In this document: in pieces, positions 8,107 through 18,001 of the stretch | How positions within the stretch are numbered: the first letter of the stretch is position 1 | Layout of the letters: every line of letters begins with the position of its first letter | Source: Patescibacteria group bacterium | Lineage (GTDB): Bacteria > Patescibacteriota > Dojkabacteria > GCA-002793355 | DNA length: 64,000 nucleotides | Direction of reading: 5' to 3' | Assembly (NCBI GenBank): GCA_016860985.1 | Contig: BOKM01000001.1 | Coordinates: 220,185 to 284,184 of the forward strand | Program-made: the position numbers and the translations under genes | The notes under the pieces: model-generated | Told to the model about the DNA's origin: nothing | What the model saw: only the letters and a program-made list of their open reading frames with translations | The model's database searches: none

Positions 8107-8817
8107 CTAAAGAACACCTAATTCACTTGCAGTTGCAAGCATTTCTTTTACAGATGGATCTTTTAGCGCTTCAAGCACGTTCTTCCACAAAGCAAGGTTT
8201 GCGGTCGCCCATCCTAAATAACGTTCTTTGGCAACATCTGTGTAAAAGTAGATTCCTTGCTGCATTAGTGGTTCTTGTTCTCCAACGACCTTGTTACCTA
8301 ATTTTTCGATGTCATATTTATTCTGCGTAATAAAACGAGAAGCGAATAAAATAGGTGTGGTAGGGAGTGCTTTAAACAAGGTATCCGCATCTGCCAACGC
8401 TTTATCTTCCACGGACAACTCTCTTTCTCCTCTATATGCCAAATGTGCATTTTCGAGCATGACTTCGATTTTTTCCGCAAAATCTTTTGGATAGCCTGCG
8501 CTTGTCACATATTCAATAACTTGAATCTTTGCCGCTTCTGGTTCAAGTTTATCTGAGAATATATAGTTTAAATCGTGTACCAATGCAGCGACAGCAACTT
8601 GCTCAACATTAGCCTCAAGATGAGTCGCGAATTCTATTGCCTTATCCAACACAAATTTGATATGGTGCCATCCATGAAAGAGTAATTTACTCTGATTTTC
8701 AGGAAGATGGTACAAATTAAAAATTTCATCGTACAACTTTGAATAGTTCTCGGAAAAGTTCATTGTAATCATATGCAAATTAATCTTTAGTATGATTATA
8801 CACCCGCCTTGACACAC
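8107..8817 (-). CDS. HD-domain phosphohydrolase family protein
   Basis: H...HD-type motifs (HGWHHIKFV ... ALVHDL). The true start is probably an internal Met (MITMNFSENY). Confidence 0.5.
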   Translation of the reverse strand: MCQGGCIIILKINLHMITMNFSENYSKLYDEIFNLYHLPENQSKLLFHGWHHIKFVLDKAIEFATHLEANVEQVAVAALVHDLNYIFSDKLEPEAAKIQVIEYVTSAGYPKDFAEKIEVMLENAHLAYRGERELSVEDKALADADTLFKALPTTPILFASRFITQNKYDIEKLGNKVVGEQEPLMQQGIYFYTDVAKERYLGWATANLALWKNVLEALKDPSVKEMLATASELGVL

Positions 8818-8903
8818 ATTATTTCTCTGCTACACTAGGAATTGTAATAAAACATTGATTTATTATTGACTAAATAACCCCAACTAACATTAAACCGTAC
8901 AGC

Positions 8904-9365
8904 ATGGCTGATATCTTTTTGACCAAAGAAGGATTTACTTCACTTGAGAATGAATTAAAAGATCTTGTAAAAGTTACACTTCCAGCAATTAAAGTTCGAA
9001 TGGCTAATGCCAGAGAAGATGGAGATCTTAGCGAGAATAACGCCTGGATTACCGCAAAAGAAGAAATGGAAATTGCACGTATGCGCGTATCAGAAATCAA
9101 GGCAATGCTAAAAACTGCACAACTCGTTGACGACAAAGGCAGCAAAGGAAACACGGTAAAACTCGGAGACGAAGTCACCATCAAAATACAAGGCAAAGCA
9201 ATGAAGGTGAAACTCGTACCAACAATGGAAGCAGACCCTACTCAGGGGAAAGTATCAGCAGAATCACCTATTGGAAAAGCTGTAATCGGAAAACAGGTTG
9301 GAGATACCATTGAAATTATGACTCCAGCAGGAATGCAAAAAGGCGAAATTGCAGACAAGAGTTAA
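8904..9365 (+). CDS. greA: transcription elongation factor GreA
   Basis: 153 aa. GreA N-terminal coiled coil (REDGDLSENNAW) and C-terminal FKBP-like block (SPIGKAVIGKQVGDTIEI). Confidence 0.85.
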   Translation: MADIFLTKEGFTSLENELKDLVKVTLPAIKVRMANAREDGDLSENNAWITAKEEMEIARMRVSEIKAMLKTAQLVDDKGSKGNTVKLGDEVTIKIQGKAMKVKLVPTMEADPTQGKVSAESPIGKAVIGKQVGDTIEIMTPAGMQKGEIADKS

Positions 9366-10042
9366 AAGAATAAAACCAGTAATCCAGCACTGATTACAAG
9401 TAGACTCCATACTTTTGCAGGCTCAATATTCCAGGAGAAAACCTTTTCGGCATAGGTCGTGGTAGACATCCAATGCAGTACGTAGCCAACAAGCATACTG
9501 TATAGCAACAACAAAAGTATAGTCCATACCCCCCATATTGGCAGCGAAATCCACTTTATGGTTAGTAATACTAAATAAACACCGATAGACCACAGAGAAT
9601 ACGGCTGCCCTGCAATTTTCCACGAAATTAAGAAGTACAGCACAGGAATTACTGCCACGATACTCCTCAACCCCCAAAGAGGTATTGTTGATGCAATTCC
9701 CCAGTACCAGACAGAGCTTACAAGTGCCGTACCTGCAGCACTAACCGCAAGAACAAAGAGTTCTTGCAATAGATCCTCGATGTAATAATCGAGCCTACGA
9801 AGTAGGAAAAGCATGACACCAGCAACAAGAACGAATGCGCCCATCGACAATAATGTGACAGCATGTATCTCTTTTTGCGCAAGCCACTCAACACCGATTC
9901 CTATCGTTCCCAACCACAATAACACTTTTGCATAATCTCGTTTTATTCTTGCAACTGGCAAAGAGAATATCGGTACTATCCCAGCCCATACGATAGTTAA
10001 CCACAATACCGTTGTGATAATGAGCGTTACACTTACTGTCAT
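9362..10042 (-). CDS. polytopic membrane protein, unknown function
   Basis: 226 aa with at least 6 predicted TM helices and no Cys. It is not exosortase-like. Overlaps the upstream CAP-domain gene by 4 nt, so the two are likely co-transcribed. Confidence 0.45.
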   Translation of the reverse strand: MTVSVTLIITTVLWLTIVWAGIVPIFSLPVARIKRDYAKVLLWLGTIGIGVEWLAQKEIHAVTLLSMGAFVLVAGVMLFLLRRLDYYIEDLLQELFVLAVSAAGTALVSSVWYWGIASTIPLWGLRSIVAVIPVLYFLISWKIAGQPYSLWSIGVYLVLLTIKWISLPIWGVWTILLLLLYSMLVGYVLHWMSTTTYAEKVFSWNIEPAKVWSLLVISAGLLVLFF

Positions 10043-11328
10043 ACTCGAACGAAGCCAAAGTTAAAGGTAATAAGCAAAATTCCGAGAAAAAGTGTAAACG
10101 AAAGCAATTCGTACCGATGGAAGAGAATCTGCCTTCTGTATGCTAGTTGTAGTGTGTACAACACCAGTAGCAAAAATGTAAGTCCGAATAATCCAAAAAC
10201 AGTGTCTCGCAACGTAAACCTAGGAAGAATAAAGCCATTTCCGGTTGTGCCTGCTACAGTACTTATTTCTGTCGAACCTGATAATTCTGATAATTTTGTT
10301 GCAAATGCCGTAGAGGTGTTGTCGTTAAAGGTAATGGTAAGCACAACAGGTACGTCACCCTGCGGAAGGCTGGAAAGTGGAATGGATAACTCCCGTGCAT
10401 TTTTTCCATTTGTATACCTCACCCCGCCAATACTTGCGCTGAACGAAACGTTCTGCCGCTGACACGTGTAGAGTACTGCAATATCAACAACTGTTTTTTT
10501 GCTACTAATACAGGTCTCCTTTGTTATACCGTTTGCTTGATCTTTTCTGTTAACGACAGTTACGACTACAGAGTCTGTAAGGTATACATCTGCTGGAGCA
10601 ATCGCTTTTGCAACGATTGTTTGCTCACCCTGTGCTGAGGCTAGCGGAGAAGATAGTTTGAAAGAACCACCTTGTGACTGTACACTCCCCAACAAGTCCT
10701 TATTAACATACAAACTAACGGTAGGATCGTTCATATCGGAGGTTTCACCTCTAATATCGGTAATGCCATCTTCTAAAATATCTCCATCTTTTGGTGAGGT
10801 AATTTTGAGTTGTGGCTTATTCCCTGTTGTATTTTCTGCTGTGTACGTTGGGCTTCCAAACATTTGTACTACAAGAAAAATACTTGCGCCTTGCAGATTG
10901 CCCTTTACAATTGCTATACCAACATCTTGAAACTGTGAATCAAGAATATTGGCGCGATGAGTTGGGCTTGCCATCCACGCTTCGTGAACCGAATCAGAAT
11001 CACTAAAGCCCTTTGCGAGATTTTCTCCTGCATATGCGTAGGAATACCCTGATTGGATGATGAATTGCCAGGGACTCTCTTTATTTGGCCCATAATGAGC
11101 CCAATATTGTAGCTTCATCATATTTTCTGCCTTTAAAAAGGCAGCGCGTTCTAGCTTTTTGTTGTACTGAAGTGGAGCAACACCTTTTTTTTGCCGATCT
11201 TTGTTTGCAAGCTCAACAAGATACGTACTTGAAATTTCAGAAGCAAGAAGATCTGTAAAACCAAAGCGGGCAACAAGTACGACGGAGAATAATAGGAGGA
11301 TTGTTACGCGAAGGATGATTCGGAGCAT
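10039..11328 (-). CDS. CAP/SCP (PR-1-like) domain surface protein with N- and C-terminal TM segments
   Basis: CAP domain signature (HYGPNKESPWQ...GENLAKGF...HEAWMASPTHRANIL). Central Ser/Thr-rich beta-type region. Two C-terminal hydrophobic helices. Confidence 0.6.
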   Translation of the reverse strand: MLRIILRVTILLLFSVVLVARFGFTDLLASEISSTYLVELANKDRQKKGVAPLQYNKKLERAAFLKAENMMKLQYWAHYGPNKESPWQFIIQSGYSYAYAGENLAKGFSDSDSVHEAWMASPTHRANILDSQFQDVGIAIVKGNLQGASIFLVVQMFGSPTYTAENTTGNKPQLKITSPKDGDILEDGITDIRGETSDMNDPTVSLYVNKDLLGSVQSQGGSFKLSSPLASAQGEQTIVAKAIAPADVYLTDSVVVTVVNRKDQANGITKETCISSKKTVVDIAVLYTCQRQNVSFSASIGGVRYTNGKNARELSIPLSSLPQGDVPVVLTITFNDNTSTAFATKLSELSGSTEISTVAGTTGNGFILPRFTLRDTVFGLFGLTFLLLVLYTLQLAYRRQILFHRYELLSFTLFLGILLITFNFGFVRV

Positions 11329-11430
11329 AAAGGATTATAGACTAAAGATGTAAGGCTTTAAAGAAGAAATAGTAATACATACTTTAGGGGTAACATATTG
11401 AATGTGAAATAGAACCAAGGCAGCATCAAA

Positions 11431-11715
11431 TTAAGGGATAGCAATCCCCGTTCCTGTACCGTCCCAATTATAATTTCGCTCATTTTGCTGTAGGCGTAAA
11501 TCCCTATAATCACTCTTTAATTTGGTATAACCCAACATAACAATTACTGACAGAACCCCCAGAATTACTATAATTCTGAGGAAAGTCTTTCTCAGTTTCA
11601 CTTTTGCCTTTAACCCCGCATAGAGCCATCCCATTACAGCAAACAGAAACGCGAATAAGACAAACAGAACGAGCGAGTTTGCCATTCGCATTGGAAGTTC
11701 ATTTACATCACCCAT
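11431..11715 (-). CDS. small membrane protein, unknown function
   Basis: 94 aa with two predicted TM helices. Confidence 0.35.
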   Translation of the reverse strand: MGDVNELPMRMANSLVLFVLFAFLFAVMGWLYAGLKAKVKLRKTFLRIIVILGVLSVIVMLGYTKLKSDYRDLRLQQNERNYNWDGTGTGIAIP

Positions 11716-11867
11716 ATCTGATTATTAATGTAAACAGTATCGTTGTCAACCCAATAATAAAAAAGGAGAGCAGGTTTCCCCACTCTCCCTTTATTTGCAC
11801 GTGAAATATAGTCCCAATACGAACTATTGCTTTACCACCAAGTGGCAAGCTTTCGCGTTTGAGCGAA

Positions 11868-12140
11868 CTATTTCACTGCTTCACGAAGCTGTTTACCAGC
11901 TTTGAATCGTGGAACGTTTCGTGCAGGAACATTGACAACCTTGTCGGTCTTTGGAACGACTTGCTTTCGTGCCTTAAGATGTCCGACAGAGAATTTACCG
12001 AAGCCAGTGATGGTTACTGCTTCACCCTTTTTGAGTGACATAGTAACAACATCTACAAATCCTTCGACTGCTGCCTTTGCCTGCTTCTTTGACATGCCTG
12101 TTTTATCTGCAAGCATGCTGAAGAGTTGTGCTTTAGTCAT
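11868..12140 (-). CDS. hup: DNA-binding protein HU
   Basis: 90 aa with the HU/IHF fold signature (GFGKFSV...R.GRNP-like arm, VPRFKAGK). Confidence 0.85.
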   Translation of the reverse strand: MTKAQLFSMLADKTGMSKKQAKAAVEGFVDVVTMSLKKGEAVTITGFGKFSVGHLKARKQVVPKTDKVVNVPARNVPRFKAGKQLREAVK

Positions 12141-12208
12141 GATACATTTCCTCCTAAATATGTTTTTTCAGTTATAGTGCAGTTTCGGCACTTTGTCAAG
12201 CATATCTA

Positions 12209-13723
12209 TTAGGAATTGCCCGAACTTGCGTGCGCTCGTAACTCACGAACAACCACAACGTTCACAATTCCGGGGAAAGCGCCCGTTTCATCGATTCTTT
12301 TTGCAATATTCTGCGCAAGTACTACCGCTGCCTCATCACTGATTTGGCTTGGTTTTACCATTACACGAAGTTCTCTTCCTGCGCGAACCGCGAATACTTC
12401 TTCGGCTGCATCTCCTGCGACCTCATATGCTGTTTTTTCAAGGTTTTCGATTCTTTCGACATAATCCTCAACATTTTCCTTTCGTGCACCAGAACGGGCT
12501 CCTGAGGCAGAGTCGGCAATCTTCATAATGACCGCCTCAACACTCTTCGCCTCAATATCTTCATGATGCGCTTCAATTGCGTTAACGATAACAGGATCAA
12601 GTCCAAACTTTCTTGCAACATCACCACTAATATGATGGTGTGGCTTTTTAACTTTGGTTGTAAGTACTTTTCCAATATCGTGGAGTAAAGCTGCCTTAAG
12701 CACAATATTTACATCGGCATGAAGTTCGCGAGCAATATACTCACCTATCTCCATGACTTCAAGTGTATGCTCTACCATGTTCTGGCCTTTACTTCTTCGA
12801 TATTTCAGTCGGCCGATAATTGGTACCAATTCTGCTGGCACATCAAACCAGTTTGCTTTTTCTGCCATCATCTTTCCAGTTTTCTCAAGTTCTTGAATAA
12901 CATCTTTCTTTGCTTTTGCGTACTGCTCTTCGATGGTTACAGGATGAATTCGACCGTCTTTAATGAGTCGTTCTAATGCAATACGAGCAATTTCTCTGCG
13001 CACTCCATCATACGAAGACAATCCAATTGCGGTTGGTGATTCATCAATAATGACGTCAACACCTGTTACCTTCTCAAAGGCACGGATATTTCTTCCTTCT
13101 TTACCGATAATCTTCCCCTTAATTTCTTCACTTCCAATTTCGATTGTAGAGACTGTGATTTCGTCAACATATTCTGTAGCAACGCTCTGCATCGCATCTA
13201 CAATTAGTTCTTTTGCCTTATCTTCAGCAGTAAGCTTAATCTCTTTTTCTAAATCTGAAATTTTCTTGGCTTTATATGAAACGAGACTCGCTTCAAACTC
13301 TTTCATGTACACGGTCTGCGCTTCTTCTTTGCTCATCCCTGCAACTTTCTCAAGTTTGATGAGTAAATTCTTTCGTGTTTCTGCTACTTCTTCTTCCTTT
13401 TTTACTAAGGATACTTCTTGATCAGCAATCGATTTTCTTTGCTGCTCAAGTAACTTTTCTTTACTTTCCAGTACCTTTTGCTGTGACTGGAACTGACTTT
13501 TAATTCTGTCGTAAAATTGTTTTGCTTGATTTCTAAGCTGTTGGGCTTCTTCATCCGCTTCTTTAAGCTTGTTTTGCAAAAGCTGTTTTGCAATCTCTTT
13601 AACCTTGTCTTGCGATTGACCTTTAAAGGCTTCTCTTTCTTTCGCCAAGAGTTGCATAAAGTAAACAGCTGCACCTGCGCCTGCAATTGTGGCAAGCAAT
13701 AGTATGACGGTTAACAATGTCAT
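12209..13723 (-). CDS. rny: ribonuclease Y
   Basis: 504 aa. N-terminal TM, long coiled coil, KH domain (GKIIGKEGRNIRAFEKVTGVDVIID) and HD domain (HHISGDVARKFG). Confidence 0.85.
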   Translation of the reverse strand: MTLLTVILLLATIAGAGAAVYFMQLLAKEREAFKGQSQDKVKEIAKQLLQNKLKEADEEAQQLRNQAKQFYDRIKSQFQSQQKVLESKEKLLEQQRKSIADQEVSLVKKEEEVAETRKNLLIKLEKVAGMSKEEAQTVYMKEFEASLVSYKAKKISDLEKEIKLTAEDKAKELIVDAMQSVATEYVDEITVSTIEIGSEEIKGKIIGKEGRNIRAFEKVTGVDVIIDESPTAIGLSSYDGVRREIARIALERLIKDGRIHPVTIEEQYAKAKKDVIQELEKTGKMMAEKANWFDVPAELVPIIGRLKYRRSKGQNMVEHTLEVMEIGEYIARELHADVNIVLKAALLHDIGKVLTTKVKKPHHHISGDVARKFGLDPVIVNAIEAHHEDIEAKSVEAVIMKIADSASGARSGARKENVEDYVERIENLEKTAYEVAGDAAEEVFAVRAGRELRVMVKPSQISDEAAVVLAQNIAKRIDETGAFPGIVNVVVVRELRAHASSGNS

Positions 13724-13928
13724 ATGTAATTAAACAAATTTATCTTGGGATATAAGAGTGTGCAAATTGCGTACGACAACAACATCTTTGAATAATGCTG
13801 TATTTTTGTTTGTTCGGTTCAATCTTCAAGCAACGGCGGAATTTCGGTACTTTGCCGCGACAATCGAGGTTGACGCTTACGCTTCTGGATACTACAACAA
13901 TCTATCAATCCCTAACGTGAATTGTACG

Positions 13929-14681
13929 TTACTCTATGCTTCCCGTCAACAAAACGCCACCTTGTGAACCTACGTATATCGTATTTTCGTAGATTGCACA
14001 CACTTCACCGGTAATACTTGTAGTTTGCCATCCATCTTTCGATGTTTTAATCGCGGGATTTTTGTGTCTTATTGCGATTATTTCGACTGCAAGTGTTTGA
14101 AATTCTTTAATAACTGGTCCTGCATTTTTTCGACCATAACCAGGAACATCTGGAGCCATATGAAGTCGCTCACCTACCCCGTGTCCTACCATTTCGCGCA
14201 CTACGCTAAAGGGATTATTGATTTCTACAATTTCTTGAGATGCTGCTGAAAGATCTCCGATTTTATTACCGGTCTTTGCTTGTTTTACTGCAGCAAAATG
14301 TGCATTTCGAACTGCGTCAATAAATGGTTGATAACCGTGAACATCCTTACCAACAACGACAGTTCTTGCCATGTCAGTATAAAATCCTTTGTAAATCAAC
14401 CCCATATCTACAGAAATAATGTCACCCTCGTTCAATTTTCTTGACGATGGAAATCCATGGACAACCATATCGTTTATGCCTATGCAAAGATGATAGGGGT
14501 ATCCCTCAAAATCCTTAAATGCAGATTGAGCACCGATCCCTTTTATTGCTTTGTCATATATCTCTTCTAACTCCAACCCTGTGACTCCAGCCTGAATATG
14601 GTCAAGTACCTTATTCATAATCGAAGTAAGCAACTTCCCACCTTCTTTCATGTACTGAATTTTTTCAGGAAGTCTCTGCAT
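13929..14681 (-). CDS. map: methionine aminopeptidase type I
   Basis: Pita-bread fold metal ligands and the MetAP block VVHGFP...GDIISVDMG...YTDMARTVVVG. Confidence 0.9.
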   Translation of the reverse strand: MQRLPEKIQYMKEGGKLLTSIMNKVLDHIQAGVTGLELEEIYDKAIKGIGAQSAFKDFEGYPYHLCIGINDMVVHGFPSSRKLNEGDIISVDMGLIYKGFYTDMARTVVVGKDVHGYQPFIDAVRNAHFAAVKQAKTGNKIGDLSAASQEIVEINNPFSVVREMVGHGVGERLHMAPDVPGYGRKNAGPVIKEFQTLAVEIIAIRHKNPAIKTSKDGWQTTSITGEVCAIYENTIYVGSQGGVLLTGSIE

Positions 14682-14687
14682 ACTGCA

Positions 14688-16007
14688 TTAGAAGAAATTT
14701 TTGTTACTTTGATCCATTGATTTCATCGCTTGAACCTGGCGAATCATATCCATAACAACACCAGCCATAATCATCGCACCTGTTCCACTAATTACCTGCT
14801 GAGGGAGTCCGAATTGCTGCACAAGGATATTTGGAACCGCAACGATAACCGCAAGGAGTAACGCTCCAAAAAGGGTTGTTGTCCAAAGTGTTTTATTTAG
14901 GTATGCCTGAGTTTCTTTTCCTGGGCGGACACCTTCGATGAAGGCTCCCTGTTTGTTAATGTTCTCCGCTACTTCTTCTGGTCTAAACACAATGTACGCC
15001 GAGAAGAATGCAAAGAAGATTGTAATAATCATAAGCAGTCCATCGTAGTACAGTTGATTGGACAAAAAGTTTACAACATTCACAGAAATAGATTGAAAGG
15101 TTGGATTTGTAACCTGTGTGCTGAGATACTGAAAGAGGATTCTTGGAAGATCAAGAATAGAAATAGCAAAGATAACAGGCATAACCCCTGCTGTGTTAAT
15201 GCTTAATGGAATATAGTTCGAGTACCCACCAATACCGGTTGGTCTAACCCGTCGTGCGTAAATAAGTTTAATCTTTCTTACTGCAAGAGATATGATAATC
15301 GCAAGAATTAAAGATCCCAAAATAAGTCCAAGTAGCATTGCGAACTTTCCCATAGCCTGACTTGTTCCTTCAAGGGTGAACATTGGAAGAATACCCCCAA
15401 TCTTTGTGCTCCCGATTTTTACACCAACTGTTTCGATGTCTCGGACTAACTGAGTTGGAACATTCACTAAAATGCCTGCCAAAATAATAACGGATGTACC
15501 ACCCCCCATACCAAACTCTGTAATCAACTCACCCAACCACATTGCGAACACAGAACCAAAGGTAAGAAGAGTAATAATTGAAGCAACCTGTAATTGAGTT
15601 GGCGTGTCACCAAGCAACCCTAATCTGTTTAAAATCGTGTAAATTACCACAGACTGAATAATCGCGAGTGGAATAGAGAGAAGTCTTGTATACATGGTAA
15701 GCATTTTTCTTTCAACTGGCCCACCCTGATACAACTCTTTAATCTGAGGAATTGCAACACTTAAAATCTGAAAAATATAGGAAGCATTGATGTAAGGTCC
15801 TAAGCCAATAGTAAGAATACCGATACTCTGTAACATTCCACCAGACAATAAACCGATGACTTGAACAAAATTATTACCCGTCAAAAGGTCTTTCAAAGCA
15901 TTCTGAGGAATACCTGGAATCGGGATTGCTGCCACGAATCTGAAAATCGCTACTATGATAAGGGTAAAACCTATCTTACGTAATATTCCTTTATTCCAGA
16001 GCTTCAT
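14688..16007 (-). CDS. secY: preprotein translocase subunit SecY
   Basis: 439 aa with 10 TM helices and a SecY N-terminus (ILRKIGFTLIIVAIFRFVAAIPIPGI). Confidence 0.9.
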   Translation of the reverse strand: MKLWNKGILRKIGFTLIIVAIFRFVAAIPIPGIPQNALKDLLTGNNFVQVIGLLSGGMLQSIGILTIGLGPYINASYIFQILSVAIPQIKELYQGGPVERKMLTMYTRLLSIPLAIIQSVVIYTILNRLGLLGDTPTQLQVASIITLLTFGSVFAMWLGELITEFGMGGGTSVIILAGILVNVPTQLVRDIETVGVKIGSTKIGGILPMFTLEGTSQAMGKFAMLLGLILGSLILAIIISLAVRKIKLIYARRVRPTGIGGYSNYIPLSINTAGVMPVIFAISILDLPRILFQYLSTQVTNPTFQSISVNVVNFLSNQLYYDGLLMIITIFFAFFSAYIVFRPEEVAENINKQGAFIEGVRPGKETQAYLNKTLWTTTLFGALLLAVIVAVPNILVQQFGLPQQVISGTGAMIMAGVVMDMIRQVQAMKSMDQSNKNFF

Positions 16008-16105
16008 TTCTAGGCACCAATTAAATAAAATTCTCCTGACGCGTTATCTCGATAAAAACAACGCAGATACGTTTTACTTTTACACTGTAGTGAGAAAACG
16101 CATGC

Positions 16106-16540
16106 TTAGTCTATCACGACTCCACCTGCTGCTTCAATTGCTGCTTTTGCACCCGCGGTCATTGCAACCTTTTTGATGGTCAGTTTGTGAGCAACTTTGT
16201 CCTTACCAATAATTTTTGCAAAATCTTTTGGTTTAGCAATAATTCCTTTTGATACCAAGAATGCTGCGTCAACAACTTGACCCTCTTCTGTGTGTGCATT
16301 AAGCCATTGAATTCGAACGACTGCAGCTCTTGCATTCAAAGATTTGAATCCCTGTTGTGTTGGTAATTTTCGGAACAATGGAATCTGTCCACCAACATCA
16401 GTATTCTTGATTTTGTGTGCACCACGTGATCCCTGACCTTTTTGACCGTATCCAACAGTATGTCCACCGACACCTGAACCAATTCCTCGGCCTCGGCGCT
16501 TCTGTTTATTAAGCACTAACTTTTTGAGGTTTACTTCCAC
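16106..16540 (-). CDS. rplO: 50S ribosomal protein L15
   Basis: Gly-rich L15 N-terminus (RRGRGIGSGVGGHTVGYGQKGQGSRG). Confidence 0.85.
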   Translation of the reverse strand: MEVNLKKLVLNKQKRRGRGIGSGVGGHTVGYGQKGQGSRGAHKIKNTDVGGQIPLFRKLPTQQGFKSLNARAAVVRIQWLNAHTEEGQVVDAAFLVSKGIIAKPKDFAKIIGKDKVAHKLTIKKVAMTAGAKAAIEAAGGVVID

Positions 16541-17087
16541 GTTTTACTGTTTTCAACTTAGACAAAGCGAGAATCGTACAATAGGCATTGGTGAGTGAGT
16601 TTGATGCACCAAGTCTTTTTGCTACTACATTTTCTACACCTGCGATTTCGAGTACTTTTCGGATTGCACCACCAGCTACTACTCCAGTACCAACAGGTGC
16701 TGGTTTGATAAGTACGCTAGATGCTTTATAACGAGCTTCTACTCTGTGAGTAAGGGTCTTTTTCTCTTGGTCCAATTGCAAAGTAAAGAGCTTTGAGCTT
16801 GCTTTTTTCATTGCCTTTTGCATTGCTTCTTGTGGATCAGATCCTTTACCCATTGCAATACCGACCTTCCCTTTCTTATCTCCTGCTATAAGAACAACGC
16901 TAAAGCGCAATCTTTTTGCACCTGCAGTTGCCTTTGCAACACGTCTCAAAGCAATCAATTCGGAGAAGAGCTTTTCTTCTTGGTTATGACCATTGCGGTT
17001 GTTATTGTTACGGTTGTTGTTTCCGTGTTGTGGTCTTCGGTTGTTGTTTCGGTTATCCGGTCGGTTATTATTCTCCATGAACATCAC
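16509..17087 (-). CDS. rpsE: 30S ribosomal protein S5 with Asn/Arg-rich N-terminal extension
   Basis: S5 dsRBD and C-terminal domain (LIALRRVAKATAGAKRLRFSVVLIAGDKKGKVGIAMGKG). About 40 aa of low-complexity N/R-rich leader. Confidence 0.9.
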   Translation of the reverse strand: MMFMENNNRPDNRNNNRRPQHGNNNRNNNNRNGHNQEEKLFSELIALRRVAKATAGAKRLRFSVVLIAGDKKGKVGIAMGKGSDPQEAMQKAMKKASSKLFTLQLDQEKKTLTHRVEARYKASSVLIKPAPVGTGVVAGGAIRKVLEIAGVENVVAKRLGASNSLTNAYCTILALSKLKTVKRGSKPQKVSA

Positions 17088-17088
17088 G

Positions 17089-17436
17089 TTATAATGTTAA
17101 TCCTGATTTTCTCATACCTTCGGCAAAAGATTTTACTTTGCCATGGTAAATATATCCTGATCTATCGTAGGTTACTGCGGTAACTCCTGCGTCTTTGATC
17201 ATCTTTCCAAAGGCTTCACCCATTTTTTCTAGGCGTGCCATTGGCTTTTCTTTTTCTAATTTTGAAGTCTTAACAAATGACTTTTCGTGAATTGCTGTAA
17301 TTACTTTGCCATCGTTATGCGCATCAACTAGTTGTGCAAAGAAGTATCTATTTGACTTGTCGATAGAAACTCGAGGAAGCTTAGATACCATCTTCATTTT
17401 GAAGCGGGTTCGATTTCTTTTTTTGTTTAGTTCCAT
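17089..17436 (-). CDS. rplR: 50S ribosomal protein L18
   Basis: L18 pattern (RVSIDKSNRYFFAQLVD...AVTYDRSGYIYHGKVKSFAEGMR). Confidence 0.85.
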   Translation of the reverse strand: MELNKKRNRTRFKMKMVSKLPRVSIDKSNRYFFAQLVDAHNDGKVITAIHEKSFVKTSKLEKEKPMARLEKMGEAFGKMIKDAGVTAVTYDRSGYIYHGKVKSFAEGMRKSGLTL

Positions 17437-17452
17437 ACTTTCTTACTCAAAC

Positions 17453-18001
17453 TTATGCTGCTGCTGTCTTAACTTCTTTCTTTCGTACTACTTCACCAAC
17501 GTATCGAATACCTTTTCCTTTGTAGACTTCTGGTGGTTTGAGCGCTCTCACTTGAGAGGCAAACATTCCTACCTTTTGTTTATCGATTGCCCACATTTTG
17601 ATACTCGTTTGTGAAGGGACTTCTACTTTAATATCTGCTGGAATTGGGTACTTAACCAAGTGCTTATATCCAATAGCAAGTGATAGATTTGTTCCTTCTA
17701 AGGTAACACGATATCCAACACCTACTAATTCGAGTTCTACATTGAAGCCATCGGTTACACCTTTAATCATGTTTGCAATAAGTGCGCGGGTTGTACCGTG
17801 AAGCATTTTAACGTTTCTTGAGTCGTTTGCTCGTGCTACTGTAATTGTATCTCCATCAATCATTACAGTAATTTTTGCAGGTGTTTTTGCGGAGAGTTCT
17901 CCGTTCTTTCCCTTAACGACCACTGCATCACCTACTTGAGTTACTGTTACTCCTGCTGGAATTTTAATTGCTTTTAATCCTACTCGTGACATATTTACCA
18001 C
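17453..18001 (-). CDS. rplF: 50S ribosomal protein L6
   Basis: Two L6 alpha/beta repeats (SRVGLKAIKIPAGVTVT). Confidence 0.9.
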   Translation of the reverse strand: MVNMSRVGLKAIKIPAGVTVTQVGDAVVVKGKNGELSAKTPAKITVMIDGDTITVARANDSRNVKMLHGTTRALIANMIKGVTDGFNVELELVGVGYRVTLEGTNLSLAIGYKHLVKYPIPADIKVEVPSQTSIKMWAIDKQKVGMFASQVRALKPPEVYKGKGIRYVGEVVRKKEVKTAAA

